Source of the DNA: Opitutus sp.
GTDB lineage: Bacteria; Verrucomicrobiota; Verrucomicrobiia; Opitutales; Opitutaceae
Assembly: GCA_013821985.1 (NCBI GenBank)
Contig: PNJQ01000009.1
Coordinates: forward strand, 840 to 64,839
Length of the DNA stretch: 64,000 nucleotides
Reading direction: 5' to 3'
The translations under genes and the position numbers were made by a program. Positions within the stretch are counted from its first letter, which is position 1, and each line of letters begins with the position of its first letter. Shown one piece after another: positions 1-9,606 of this stretch. The notes beneath the pieces were generated by a model. It was not told the origin of the DNA and ran no database searches. It saw only the letters and a program-made list of their open reading frames with translations.

Positions 1-151
1 CCGCCATGCCGACGGGCAGGCCCAGCTCCGGATAGACTGCTGGCCACGCCACGCCGAGCGTGCCGTCCGGCAAGCCCAGACTGATGAAGCCGAGATAAAT
101 GATGATCAGCAGCAAGCCCGCAGCGCGCGGGTCCGTTCGCAAATTGCCCAC
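1..151 (-). CDS. MFS transporter, 5' end only (runs off the window)
   Basis: Minus-strand translation from GTG at 151: (M)GNLRTDPRAAGLLLIIIYLGFISLGLPDGTLGVAWP..., a typical MFS TM1 motif (IYxxFISLGLPD..G.AWP). Not in the ORF track. Confidence 0.75.
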   Translation of the reverse strand, partial: MGNLRTDPRAAGLLLIIIYLGFISLGLPDGTLGVAWPAVYPELGLPVGMA

Positions 152-263
152 GCACCACTCGAAACACACGACGGCCAAATCAGCGATCCCGATTTCTCGC
201 CAGCTGTGCCGGTATGACGACAGCAGGCGTTGCAAGCGGCAGCGCCGCGCGCATCACGGAGGC

Positions 264-887
264 GTGCAAGCCACGCTCCTGCTCACGTTCACTGTCGCCT
301 TGGCCATTGCGGTCGCTCTGCCCGGTCCGGGCATCTTCTCGGTCGTGTCCTGCGCGATCGGTCACGGCTTCCGTCACGCGCTGGCCCTGACTGCAGGCAT
401 CGTGCTTGGTGACCTGATCTATTTCTGCCTCGCGGTCCTCGGACTGGCAGCGCTCGCGCGTTCGCTCGGGGACTTGTTTCTTTTCGTGAAGCTCGCCGGT
501 GCGCTCTATTTGATCTGGCTGGGAGTGAAACTCTGGCGATCGCGACCGGCGACGCCCACGGATGTCGTCGCGAACGTCGCGACGCCCGAACGTGGCTACA
601 CGCGCGACTTCGTGGCGGGCTTTCTCGTCACGATCAGCAACCCGAAGACGATCGGCTTCTACGCGGGATTGTTGCCGACGTTCATCGATCTCGAACGGCT
701 GCGCTTCAGCGACGCCGCTGCGATGACCGTCATAGTAGTGGTGGTCGTCGGCCTTATTCCGGCGGCCTATGCTTACGCCGCCGCGCGCAGCCGCCGGTTT
801 TTTCAGAGTCCGCGCAGCCTGCAGGCCCTCAATCGCACCGCGGGCACGATGATGATCGGCTCCGGCATTGCGGTCGCAACGCAGTGA
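264..887 (+). CDS. LysE/RhtB family translocator
   Basis: PGPG motif, GALYLIWLG, NPKT motifs. GTG start at 264 follows GGAGGC. Confidence 0.9.
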   Translation: MQATLLLTFTVALAIAVALPGPGIFSVVSCAIGHGFRHALALTAGIVLGDLIYFCLAVLGLAALARSLGDLFLFVKLAGALYLIWLGVKLWRSRPATPTDVVANVATPERGYTRDFVAGFLVTISNPKTIGFYAGLLPTFIDLERLRFSDAAAMTVIVVVVVGLIPAAYAYAAARSRRFFQSPRSLQALNRTAGTMMIGSGIAVATQ

Positions 888-941
888 TCGCGGCGGTGCA
901 TCGCGAACTGCGTCGATCGTCGCGCATGCCCGGCGCGCGCG

Positions 942-1388
942 TCACTCCTTGATGTCCGGTTCGACGACGAGCGCGAGTTGCGCGAGCGATTCCTGCCAAC
1001 CGAGGTAGCACATCTCCGCGGGAATCATTTCCGGAACGCCGGACTGCTCGATCGAGATATCCGTGCCGCAGACGACGGCCTTGAGCGTCACCGTCATCTG
1101 CATTTCGCCGGGGAGGTTCGGGTCGTCGAACTTGTCCGTGTAGCGCAGGCGCTCGTTGGGCACGAGTTCCTGATAGGTGCCGCCGAACGCGTGCGATTTT
1201 TGCGTCGTGAAATTCGTGAACGACATGCGGAACGCGCCGCCGACCTTGGCGTCGAGATGATGCACCTTGGCGGTGAAGCCGTAAGGTGGCATCCATTTGA
1301 TCAGCGCGTCGGCATCGAGAAACGCGCGATAGACTTTTTCGGGCGAGGCGCGGAGAACACGGTGGAGGCGGATGGTCTGCGTGGACAT
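942..1388 (-). CDS. SRPBCC/AHSA1 (START-like) domain protein
   Basis: ASPEKVYRAFLD, GG.FRMSF, ELVPNERLRYTD, GWQESL motifs. Confidence 0.9.
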   Translation of the reverse strand: MSTQTIRLHRVLRASPEKVYRAFLDADALIKWMPPYGFTAKVHHLDAKVGGAFRMSFTNFTTQKSHAFGGTYQELVPNERLRYTDKFDDPNLPGEMQMTVTLKAVVCGTDISIEQSGVPEMIPAEMCYLGWQESLAQLALVVEPDIKE

Positions 1389-1559
1389 GGACTGGAGGGA
1401 GTTGAGGGTTGAGAGCCGGCGAACGCGCGGGTTCCTGCTGATTCAACGAATGGACGTCGTGGATTTGGACAATGACTGCAATTTTCGGGACCGGGAAACG
1501 GGGCGGCTCGGCGGACTGGCAGCCCGTGACTCTTGCGGTCAGTCCTTTTCCGTCCCGCC

Positions 1560-2267
1560 TCAGCAACGCACCGTCTTGCGCTTTGGGGCCACGGGCGCGC
1601 CGCGCCGGGCTTTGCCGATGTATTCTTCGGCGTCGGCCACCTTGCAATTGGTGTCGCCCATATCGATTTCAACCTTTCCGACCGCACGGGCGGTCGCAAG
1701 CGCCTTGGCACCCAAGGGGGCGATGTAGGTGCCAACTGCGATGATGAAATTATTCATCGTGTAGCGCACGCCGTCGGGCGCCGAGTGGATCGACGTGACG
1801 ATGCGGTCGAGCAAGCTGCTGTATTCTTGGAGCGGCAATTCGGCGTCCGGTCTGGTCGCCGCGAGCGCACTGAGTGCGGCCCAGCCCGCCCGCGCGACCT
1901 GCTCGTTCCTCGAGTCGATCCACTTCAGGGCGCACGCTGCTCCGTCGGGATGCTCGGACGCGACCCACGGCACCGTCGTGCCGGAAACCATATCCCACGA
2001 CGCGTTCTTCGCCCACGAGTTGAGTTCCGCGCGCGACATTTTTGCGCCGTCGGCCACCATGCTGGCGAGGTATTGCGCGTCTCCGTTGCCGGTGGCGTAG
2101 AGTTCCAGTGCGAGCGCTTGATCGCCTTTGATCTGCTTCGCGATGACTTTCATGTCCGCGACCTTCACGCCGAAATAGGGCTCCTTGGCGCCGTGCTTCA
2201 TCATGATGCGCTTGATCGATTCGCTGCCTTTCGCCTGCAACGCGGCCATCACTTCCTTGAGTTTCAT
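1560..2267 (-). CDS. DNA alkylation repair (AlkD-like HEAT-repeat) protein
   Basis: FGVKVADMK..AK.IK.DQ.LALELY.TG, RYTMNNFIIAVG, GKVEIDMGDT.CKV. Start set at MKLKEVM. Confidence 0.8.
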   Translation of the reverse strand: MKLKEVMAALQAKGSESIKRIMMKHGAKEPYFGVKVADMKVIAKQIKGDQALALELYATGNGDAQYLASMVADGAKMSRAELNSWAKNASWDMVSGTTVPWVASEHPDGAACALKWIDSRNEQVARAGWAALSALAATRPDAELPLQEYSSLLDRIVTSIHSAPDGVRYTMNNFIIAVGTYIAPLGAKALATARAVGKVEIDMGDTNCKVADAEEYIGKARRGAPVAPKRKTVRC

Positions 2268-2328
2268 GGCGCGGCAAACAATCAGGTCGGCGGTGAAGCG
2301 CAGCACAATTTTTGGCGCGCTTCGGCGG

Positions 2329-3225
2329 TCAAACGGGTCCGCGGCCCCGTCGCGCCACCGTTGCCACCCGCTCCGCTCGTTCCCACGCGAGGCTGCGCAC
2401 GAACGCCGCAAAAAACGGCCCCAGCGTGAAGCCGAAACGAGGGTTGATCTCGAAGATGACGGGCACGCCTTCGCGCTCCTTGTAATTGAAGCAACAAAGG
2501 CCCTCAAAACCGATTGCGTTGAGCATCTCCTCGAACAGCGCGAGATGTCGGTTGGCACAGCGTCGATGGATCACGACGTGGTCGCGGCCCTTGATCGCTC
2601 GGTCATGAGCCATGCAAAAGCTGAGCGTGATCGCCCGGCGCAACCGGCCATCGATCTGCAGGACATGCGCGGTGTATTCGACTTCGCCCGGCACACAGGC
2701 TTGTTGCAGCCAGTCGGGTGAATCGAGTTCGAGCCGATGCGCAACTTCATCGGCTGGACCGTCGAGACGGAAAATGTTCCGCGCCGCGGAATCGCGCCGC
2801 AACTTGAGGATGCGAGGATAGACACTCTGCCCCGCGTCCGCGGGGACGTGTCGGCGATAGCCCAGGTCACGCAGGCGGGCGTTCAGCGCCGCTTTGTCGT
2901 CGCACAACTCGATCGCCTGCCGCGTGGGTATCGGCAGCGGATTGCGGCGGCGCAGCGAATCGTCCGCCGCCGCCGCGTGCAACGTCTCAATCGATAGCGG
3001 CACCACGAGATCGAAATCTCCGCCGCCCGACAGCAGGGGCGTGAACGAAATCCGGTGTCGCGTGAATGCGAAGCTGCGCCGCACCGGTTCTTCGAGCTCT
3101 TTCCAGGGCCAGAACGCGATGCGCTTCCCGCGGGGAAATAGCCAGCGGTCGAGCGCGCGCTCCCGCATCATGAAGCACCGATCCCGCCATTTGCGGAGCG
3201 ACTTGCGGGTTTGAATGGAAAGCAC
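2329..3225 (-). CDS. ATP-grasp-like domain protein
   Basis: CDDKA, YP.ILK, GEVEYT, FEINPRFG (ExNPR ATP-grasp motif). Start uncertain (GTG 3225 or ATG 3171). Confidence 0.65.
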   Translation of the reverse strand: MLSIQTRKSLRKWRDRCFMMRERALDRWLFPRGKRIAFWPWKELEEPVRRSFAFTRHRISFTPLLSGGGDFDLVVPLSIETLHAAAADDSLRRRNPLPIPTRQAIELCDDKAALNARLRDLGYRRHVPADAGQSVYPRILKLRRDSAARNIFRLDGPADEVAHRLELDSPDWLQQACVPGEVEYTAHVLQIDGRLRRAITLSFCMAHDRAIKGRDHVVIHRRCANRHLALFEEMLNAIGFEGLCCFNYKEREGVPVIFEINPRFGFTLGPFFAAFVRSLAWERAERVATVARRGRGPV

Positions 3226-3446
3226 GGCGCGCCTTGAGGGCGACCCACGCAATCGCGCGGCGCCCCACTCCGCCAGCTTCAATTCCCGGTCGGCCGCGCC
3301 GGCGCCATGGGTCGCGGCGGATGCTGCGGTAATTTCACCGAGCGCAACCCCGGGCATTTTGCGACGCGCGAGTGAAGCGCGCCGTTGCGATTCTTCGACC
3401 CCTTGACGGAGCCGTGCGGCAGGGCGCATCTTGCCAACCCTACCCC

Positions 3447-4352
3447 ATGTCGTCATCCATCCAACCCGACGTTGTCTGCATCGGAGCTGTGCTGTGGGAC
3501 ATCATCGCGCGCGCGCCAACCGAGATGCACGCGGGCGCCGATGTGCCCGGCCGTATCAAGCGCCTGCCCGGCGGTGTTGCGATGAATGTCGCCGTGACGC
3601 TGCGCCGCTTCGGGCTCACGCCGACACTGCTGACTGCGATCGGTCGTGATCCGGAGGGCGACGATCTCGTCACCGCGTGCACGCGTCTCGGGCTCCACGC
3701 CGATTTCGTGCATCGATCCGCGGATTTGCCCACGGACTGTTATCTCGCGATCGAGGACCCGCGCGGCCTCGTCGGGGCGGTGGCCGATGCGCACTCGCTC
3801 GAATCCGCGGGCGCGGCGATTCTGCAACCGCTCGAGGATGGGCGGCTCGGCACGGCGCAATCACCGTGGCCCGGGCTCATCGTGCTCGATGGCAATCTTA
3901 CCACCGCGTTGCTCTCGGACATCGCCCACTCTCCGCTGTTCGCGGCCGCCGATCTCCGGGTGGCGCCCGCCAGTCCCGGCAAGGCCGAGCGCCTGCTCCC
4001 GTTGCTCGGTCACGCCGGAGTCACGCTTTACGTCAATCTCGAGGAAGCCGGTCTGCTTTGCGGGCTGCGCTTTGAGAATTCCGCCGAGGCCGCGCGCGCG
4101 CTGCTGGCCCGCGGCGCGCGCCGCGTGCTCGTCACCGATGGCGGACGCGAATGCTGCGACGGGCGGGCCGGCGAAGGCCTGTTGCTCGGCCAGCCGCGGC
4201 AGGTCGGCGTCAACCGGGTGACCGGCGCCGGCGACACGTTCATGGCGGCCCATCTCGCCGCGGAGCGCCGCGGCCTGGCGCGCCAAGCCGCGCTCGACAC
4301 GGCGCTCAGCGCCGCGGCAGACTACATCGCAGGAGAACACTGCGCCCCTTGA
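3447..4352 (+). CDS. psuK: PfkB-family kinase, probable pseudouridine kinase
   Basis: PGGVAMNVA, VNLEEA, TGAGDTF PfkB motifs; overlaps the start of psuG. Confidence 0.8.
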   Translation: MSSSIQPDVVCIGAVLWDIIARAPTEMHAGADVPGRIKRLPGGVAMNVAVTLRRFGLTPTLLTAIGRDPEGDDLVTACTRLGLHADFVHRSADLPTDCYLAIEDPRGLVGAVADAHSLESAGAAILQPLEDGRLGTAQSPWPGLIVLDGNLTTALLSDIAHSPLFAAADLRVAPASPGKAERLLPLLGHAGVTLYVNLEEAGLLCGLRFENSAEAARALLARGARRVLVTDGGRECCDGRAGEGLLLGQPRQVGVNRVTGAGDTFMAAHLAAERRGLARQAALDTALSAAADYIAGEHCAP

Positions 4353-5269
4353 ATTTTCCGCTCGCCCACTCGCCCGAAGTTCAATCCGCCCGCGCCGACC
4401 GCCGCGCGCTCGTGGCGCTCGAATCGACGATCATCACCCACGGGATGCCCTACCCGCAAAACGTCGAGACGGCGCGGCGCGTCGAGGCGCAAGTGCGCGC
4501 CGCCGGCGCCGTGCCTGCGACAATCGCGGTGATGAACGGGCGAATCCACGTCGGACTCACGGAAACCGAACTTGAGTCGCTCGGTCGCGCACCCGGCGTG
4601 ATGAAACTCTCCCGCGCCGACCTCGCCGTTTGCCTGAGCACAGGCCGCACGGGAGCGACCACGGTCGCCGCGACCATGATCGGCGCGCGACTCGCCGGCA
4701 TCGATGTGTTTGCGACTGGCGGCATCGGCGGCGTGCATCGCGGCGCGGAAACAACGTTCGATGTTTCGGCCGATCTGCGCGAGCTTTCCGAAACGCCGGT
4801 CTCCGTCGTTTCCGCCGGAGCCAAGGCGATTCTCGATTTGCCGAAGACGCTCGAGGTGCTCGAAACCCTCGGCGTGCCGGTGATCGCAGTCGGGCAGGAC
4901 GAGTTTCCGGCCTTCTGGTCCCGTTCCTCAGGCTTGTCGGCTCCGCTCCGACTGGACACCGCAGCCGAAATCGCCGCAGCGCATCACACGCGCGTGCGAC
5001 TGGGATTGCCCGGAGGTCAGCTCATCGCCAACCCCATCCCGGCCGACGCGGAAATCCCGCGCGAGGAGATCACACCATTCATCGAGCAGGCGCTCCTGGA
5101 ATCCGCCCAGCGCAAGATCGCCGCGAAGGCGGTCACGCCGTTCCTGCTGCAACGCATTTTCGAACTCACGCAAGGCCGCTCGCTCGCCGCGAACATTGCG
5201 CTCGTGCTGAACAACGCGCGCTTCGCCGCGCAAATCGCGACCGAGATCGCGCGGCAGCGCGCCGGGTAG
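4349..5269 (+). CDS. psuG: Pseudouridine-5'-phosphate glycosidase
   Basis: VALESTIITHGMPYPQN, ATTVAATM, TGGIGGVHRGA, DVSADL, AGAK, TPFLL. Probable TTG start overlapping the psuK stop. Confidence 0.93.
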   Translation: MNFPLAHSPEVQSARADRRALVALESTIITHGMPYPQNVETARRVEAQVRAAGAVPATIAVMNGRIHVGLTETELESLGRAPGVMKLSRADLAVCLSTGRTGATTVAATMIGARLAGIDVFATGGIGGVHRGAETTFDVSADLRELSETPVSVVSAGAKAILDLPKTLEVLETLGVPVIAVGQDEFPAFWSRSSGLSAPLRLDTAAEIAAAHHTRVRLGLPGGQLIANPIPADAEIPREEITPFIEQALLESAQRKIAAKAVTPFLLQRIFELTQGRSLAANIALVLNNARFAAQIATEIARQRAG

Positions 5270-5346
5270 CCGATCGGAATTGCCGGGGACGCCGGCTGGC
5301 CAGCGAGGCCGCTTTCCGCCTGCCGGCATTCCGGCACGCGTGCCAC

Positions 5347-6174
5347 TCAGCGTTGCACCGTCACGCGCATGAACGTCGCGGGGATCATCGTGCCGCCGTT
5401 CGCGTCTTGGTTGTGTTTGCGCGCTTCGGCAATGAGTTCACGGCGAAGTTCCTCGGCGCGACCGCTTTTTTCCGCCGCGGCAAATGCGTTCATCGTCGGG
5501 CCATAATAGCAGCGGAAGGTCTCGATCAAATCTTCCGGACTCCGATTGGCCGCGTGAAAATAAAAAGTATCCTTGGCGAGGGTGATGTCCTGCGCCGGCA
5601 CGCCCGCCTGCCCGAAGCGTTCGTGAATGTGCGTTTCGACGCCCCAGGTCATCGGTGAGACGAAGCCCTCGGGCGGTGGCGGCGTGTAGCTCGCGCTGAT
5701 CTTGAGCAATTGCGAAACGAACGAGGTCGGATCGTTGGGAATCCAATTGCCCATGACGATGCGACCGCCGGGTTTCGTCACGCGCACCATTTCCTTCGCC
5801 ACCGCGAACGGCTGCGGAGCGAACATCGCGCCGAACACCGTCAACGTCAGATCGAACGTCGCGTCCGGCACGCCAGTGAGGCGGCAGGCGTCGCCGTGTT
5901 CGAACTTCAAACGCGATGCCACTCCTTCGCTCGCCGCGCGGCGGCGGCCGGCCTCGACCAGATTGCGCGCGATATCGATGCCGTGCACCTCGGCGCCGAG
6001 CTTGGCGAGCGGAACTGCGGTGGTGCCGTCGCCGCAGCCGAGATCGAGCGCCCGGAGGGGCGGCGTGACGCCGAGCGAGCGCACGAGCGCTTCTCCCGAA
6101 TGACGCATCGTCGCGGCGATCGCCGTGAAATCGCCCTTTTCCCACAGGGCTTGGTTGGGATTCGTGGTGTCCAT
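5347..6174 (-). CDS. Class I SAM-dependent methyltransferase
   Basis: LDLGCGDG motif I, FGAMFAP, RVTKPGGRI. Confidence 0.9.
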   Translation of the reverse strand: MDTTNPNQALWEKGDFTAIAATMRHSGEALVRSLGVTPPLRALDLGCGDGTTAVPLAKLGAEVHGIDIARNLVEAGRRRAASEGVASRLKFEHGDACRLTGVPDATFDLTLTVFGAMFAPQPFAVAKEMVRVTKPGGRIVMGNWIPNDPTSFVSQLLKISASYTPPPPEGFVSPMTWGVETHIHERFGQAGVPAQDITLAKDTFYFHAANRSPEDLIETFRCYYGPTMNAFAAAEKSGRAEELRRELIAEARKHNQDANGGTMIPATFMRVTVQR

Positions 6175-6330
6175 GCCCCCGGTTGTGCCGCCCGTCCCGC
6201 TGAAGTAAACCGCGTCGCTCTTCGCCTTTGGTAGTAGGGATTTTCTCCAAGCGTCGGCGCCGATCCACGAGAAAGGCGGGCCTGCAACGGCCCGCCCGGG
6301 GAGGTTTGGGCGCGCGGAGTCGCGCCCCGG

Positions 6331-7821
6331 TTACTTCGCGAGTTCGTAGAGATACTCGACGAACGACAACGTCATGCCGTCGTAGCCGCGCACTTTCGGA
6401 TTGGCGGACTCAATGACGAAAAACTCGTCCGGCGCGTGCGCGCCGCCGCCATGCCCGAGGCCGAAGTGACCGGCGGCGAGATTCAGCGGCGCGTCGGTGA
6501 ACACAAAGCCTGGATACGAACCCGCGAGCCGCGGCCAAAGGACGGCCTCGACGCCACTGCGTTTGAGCACCGCGAGTTGCTTCTGGATCATCGGTTCGTC
6601 TGCCTTGGTGGCCGTCGGGCCGTAGCCTCCGGTGAAGTTGACGTCGATGTCCCCGAATCCGCGCTTCGCGAGATGCGCCTTCAATTTGGTCACCGCTTCC
6701 TCCGCAGTTTGATTGGGCACGAGACGGAAATCGAGTTTCGCGGATGCCTTGTGGGGCAACACCGTCTTGCCCCCGGGACCGGTGTAGCCGCCATAGATGC
6801 CCTCGATGTTGGCGGTCGGTTGCGAGACGTAGCGCTCGAGTGCGGCGAGGAACGGCAGGTCGTCGATCCACTTCGTCGTGGCGGCGCCGACCTTGAATTG
6901 ACGCTCCGTGAGTTTCCTGGACGCCTCCGCGATCATGGCTTTTTCTTCGGGCAGCAGCGGCCGGACGTTTTCGAACCAACCGTCGATCGCCACCGTGTTG
7001 CCGTCTTCGGTCACGAGCGTGTCGAGTGCCTGCACCAGCCGCCAGACCGGGCTATCGACCATCGATTTGAACGAGGAATGCACGTCCCGCATGGGGCCGC
7101 GTCCCCACTTGGCGCCGCTGGCGGTGAGTTCGACTTCTACGACCCCTTTGGCGCCGAGATTCACCGTGACCGCGCCATCGAGTCCCTGCGTTGCGTGCGG
7201 CATCCAGACGCCGATGCATTTCGCGAGCGCCTCCTTCACGTGCGGCTTGAGCACAAGCTGCGCGATGTGCGGCGAGCCGATCTCCTCCTCGCCTTCCGCG
7301 ATGAGCACGATGTTCACCGGAAGTTTTTTTCCCGCGGTGCGAAACGCGTCGATGGCCGCGAGAAACGCGGACTCGGGGCCCTTCTGGTTCACCGCCCCGC
7401 GGCCGATCATCACCTTGCCCACCCCGGGACGGTCAATGATGGCCGCCTCCAGTGGAGGCGAAGTCCACTCCGCCGGGTCGAACTGCTTCACGTCATACAT
7501 GAAATACATGCCGACGGTCTTTTCGGCGCTGGCATCGAGGGTGGCGAACACCCCCGGCTTGCCGTCAGTCGCGACGATTTCCGTCTGTTGAAAACCGACC
7601 TCGCGCAACAGCGCTGCCATGCGCTCGGCGCCGTCAGGAAATCCGTGGTCCTCGGCGGCGATGGCCGGGTGCCTGATCCATTCCTGCAAGCGCGCAATCG
7701 CGCGGTCGTGATTCTTTGTGATCTCGGCTTGGATCGCGGCAACATCCGCATCGTTCGCCTGCACCGAGGTAGCCCAACCCGCCATCACCAGGGCGGCCGA
7801 CAAGAAGAAGCGTCGCAACAT
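6331..7821 (-). CDS. Secreted M20/M25/M40 family peptidase-like protein
   Basis: Signal peptide, GRGAVNQKG, EGEEEIGS, DFRLVP, HAPDE. Metal ligands are atypical (see findings). Confidence 0.85.
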   Translation of the reverse strand: MLRRFFLSAALVMAGWATSVQANDADVAAIQAEITKNHDRAIARLQEWIRHPAIAAEDHGFPDGAERMAALLREVGFQQTEIVATDGKPGVFATLDASAEKTVGMYFMYDVKQFDPAEWTSPPLEAAIIDRPGVGKVMIGRGAVNQKGPESAFLAAIDAFRTAGKKLPVNIVLIAEGEEEIGSPHIAQLVLKPHVKEALAKCIGVWMPHATQGLDGAVTVNLGAKGVVEVELTASGAKWGRGPMRDVHSSFKSMVDSPVWRLVQALDTLVTEDGNTVAIDGWFENVRPLLPEEKAMIAEASRKLTERQFKVGAATTKWIDDLPFLAALERYVSQPTANIEGIYGGYTGPGGKTVLPHKASAKLDFRLVPNQTAEEAVTKLKAHLAKRGFGDIDVNFTGGYGPTATKADEPMIQKQLAVLKRSGVEAVLWPRLAGSYPGFVFTDAPLNLAAGHFGLGHGGGAHAPDEFFVIESANPKVRGYDGMTLSFVEYLYELAK

Positions 7822-7912
7822 AGGTGAAACGAACGATGCGCGGCGCTTCCGGTGCCGCAACGCCAAAGCTGAGCCACGCCGGGCGCGTCACAGGCTGCGC
7901 GCCGCGCCGCGT

Positions 7913-8311
7913 TCAGTCGCGGCAGGTCTCGTCCATGATGCGGACGAGGGCATCCTCGACCGCCCGGGCCGTCTCGGCGGCGCCCGCGGCGTTGAACATC
8001 CCGAGCATCGCAGTGGGCTTCATTGTGGCGAGGGCGGTGCGACCGTCCTCCTCGTAAACGGAGATGCGGCACGGGAGCACGGTGGAAATTTCGATATCCT
8101 GCCCAAGCACGATCGCAGCCTGTTGCGGATTGCAGACCTCCACGACGCGGCACTCGCGGCCAAAGGCCACTCCTTTCAGCTCCATTTTTTCGCGGAGATT
8201 GTGATAGGCCTGCACGCCGAATTTGTGTGCGGTGGACACTTCCTGCAGTCGGGCACATGCGGCATCGACCGGTTGCGTGGTGGTGCGGATGATGAGCAGC
8301 GGGTTGGACAT
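7913..8311 (-). CDS. DUF302 domain protein
   Basis: VEVCNP, LPCRISVYE motifs. Confidence 0.85.
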   Translation of the reverse strand: MSNPLLIIRTTTQPVDAACARLQEVSTAHKFGVQAYHNLREKMELKGVAFGRECRVVEVCNPQQAAIVLGQDIEISTVLPCRISVYEEDGRTALATMKPTAMLGMFNAAGAAETARAVEDALVRIMDETCRD

Positions 8312-8371
8312 GGTGGAATGGGTTGAACGGAAATTAGTCCCCGACGTTCCGGAAGGCAAACCCGGCCGACT

Positions 8372-9073
8372 TCAATCCTCGCGCTCGCGAAACGATTCGG
8401 GGAAAGCCGGCTCGCGGCGCGACCAGCGCACGACGCACAGGCTGTTCGTCAGTGCTTCATGCAGCGCCGTGCCGAAGTCGTAGGCGTGGTCGTCGAAGCC
8501 CGCGCTCTCGACCGCCTGATCGATCGCAAGCATCACCGCAAACATGCGGCCGCGCAGCGCGCGAATGTTCACGTCCACCTTTTCGTAGCCCGCCGCGAGG
8601 TTCGCAATGCAGCCGTCGAGGCTGTTGCTGTGATAGGCGCGACAGATTTCCGGGCGTCCTTCGTAGATGGAGCAACTGCCCTCCCGGAGCAGCACGCAGG
8701 GCGTCCGGGGGGATTTCCACGCCGGATCGCTCCGACCGGCGAGATAAGCGGCGCGATGCGTGGCGGCCCGTGCGATTACAGCATCAAGGTCCTCGGGCGA
8801 AAAGGTGCGTTGAATGAACTCCGCGGCGATGAACACCTCGTGGGCCTGCACCGCGACGTCGTTGTGGCAGCACGTCCCGCAGCCCGCGCGACAAGCGACG
8901 GCTGCCCGCGCCGCCGCGGGCGCAGATTGATAGGCCTGCTCGAAACGCTCAAATGCCTCGCGCACGACGGCAAGGATCGCGGGCGCCTCGTGGGCTTCGG
9001 CCAATTTCTCCAGCACCGCTTCCGCTGTCCGGTAATACAGCGCCTCCTCCTGCGGTGAAAATCCTCGAGCCAT
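8372..9073 (-). CDS. YkgJ family cysteine cluster protein
   Basis: CRAGCGTCC ... PCVLL..GSCSIYEGRPEICRAY. Confidence 0.88.
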   Translation of the reverse strand: MARGFSPQEEALYYRTAEAVLEKLAEAHEAPAILAVVREAFERFEQAYQSAPAAARAAVACRAGCGTCCHNDVAVQAHEVFIAAEFIQRTFSPEDLDAVIARAATHRAAYLAGRSDPAWKSPRTPCVLLREGSCSIYEGRPEICRAYHSNSLDGCIANLAAGYEKVDVNIRALRGRMFAVMLAIDQAVESAGFDDHAYDFGTALHEALTNSLCVVRWSRREPAFPESFRERED

Positions 9074-9195
9074 GTGCCCACGGAAACCGTTCGCCGCGAA
9101 ACGTCACGCTCGGACTTCGTCTCGAAACTTGAGCGGGCTCACTCTTTCGCGGTTTGGCCCCTGACACCCGCGACGATTTGGCTTTCGTGGACCCA

Positions 9196-9603
9196 ATGGA
9201 GTCATCGCCCAATTCTCTCTTTGCCCGGCTCGGCGGCCGGCCGCGCCTGTTGCATCTGCTGCGGCATTTCTACGCCGATGTCCGTCAACAGCGGGAAATC
9301 GGCCCGATCTTCACCGCGCACATCGACGACTGGCCCGCCCACTTGGAAAAAATCGCCGACTTCTGGTCGAACGTCACCGGCGGTCCGATGCGCTATGGCG
9401 GCGCGATGCCCGCCAAGCATTTTCCGCTCGGTCTCGAGGAACGACATTTTTTAGCGTGGCTCGACTTGTGGCGCCGGCACTGCCGCGCCCACCTCAGTCC
9501 CATCGAAGCCCAGGAGTTAATTGTCGCCGCCGAGACCATTGGCGAACGCCTGTGGTGGATGATTGCACAGCAACGCGGTCGTCCGCTGGACCCGGCCGAC
9601 TGA
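9196..9603 (+). CDS. Group III truncated hemoglobin
   Basis: FYA (B9/B10), IGPIF, HLEKIADFW, proximal His in AKHF, WL.LW. Confidence 0.88.
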   Translation: MESSPNSLFARLGGRPRLLHLLRHFYADVRQQREIGPIFTAHIDDWPAHLEKIADFWSNVTGGPMRYGGAMPAKHFPLGLEERHFLAWLDLWRRHCRAHLSPIEAQELIVAAETIGERLWWMIAQQRGRPLDPAD

Positions 9604-9606
9604 CTC

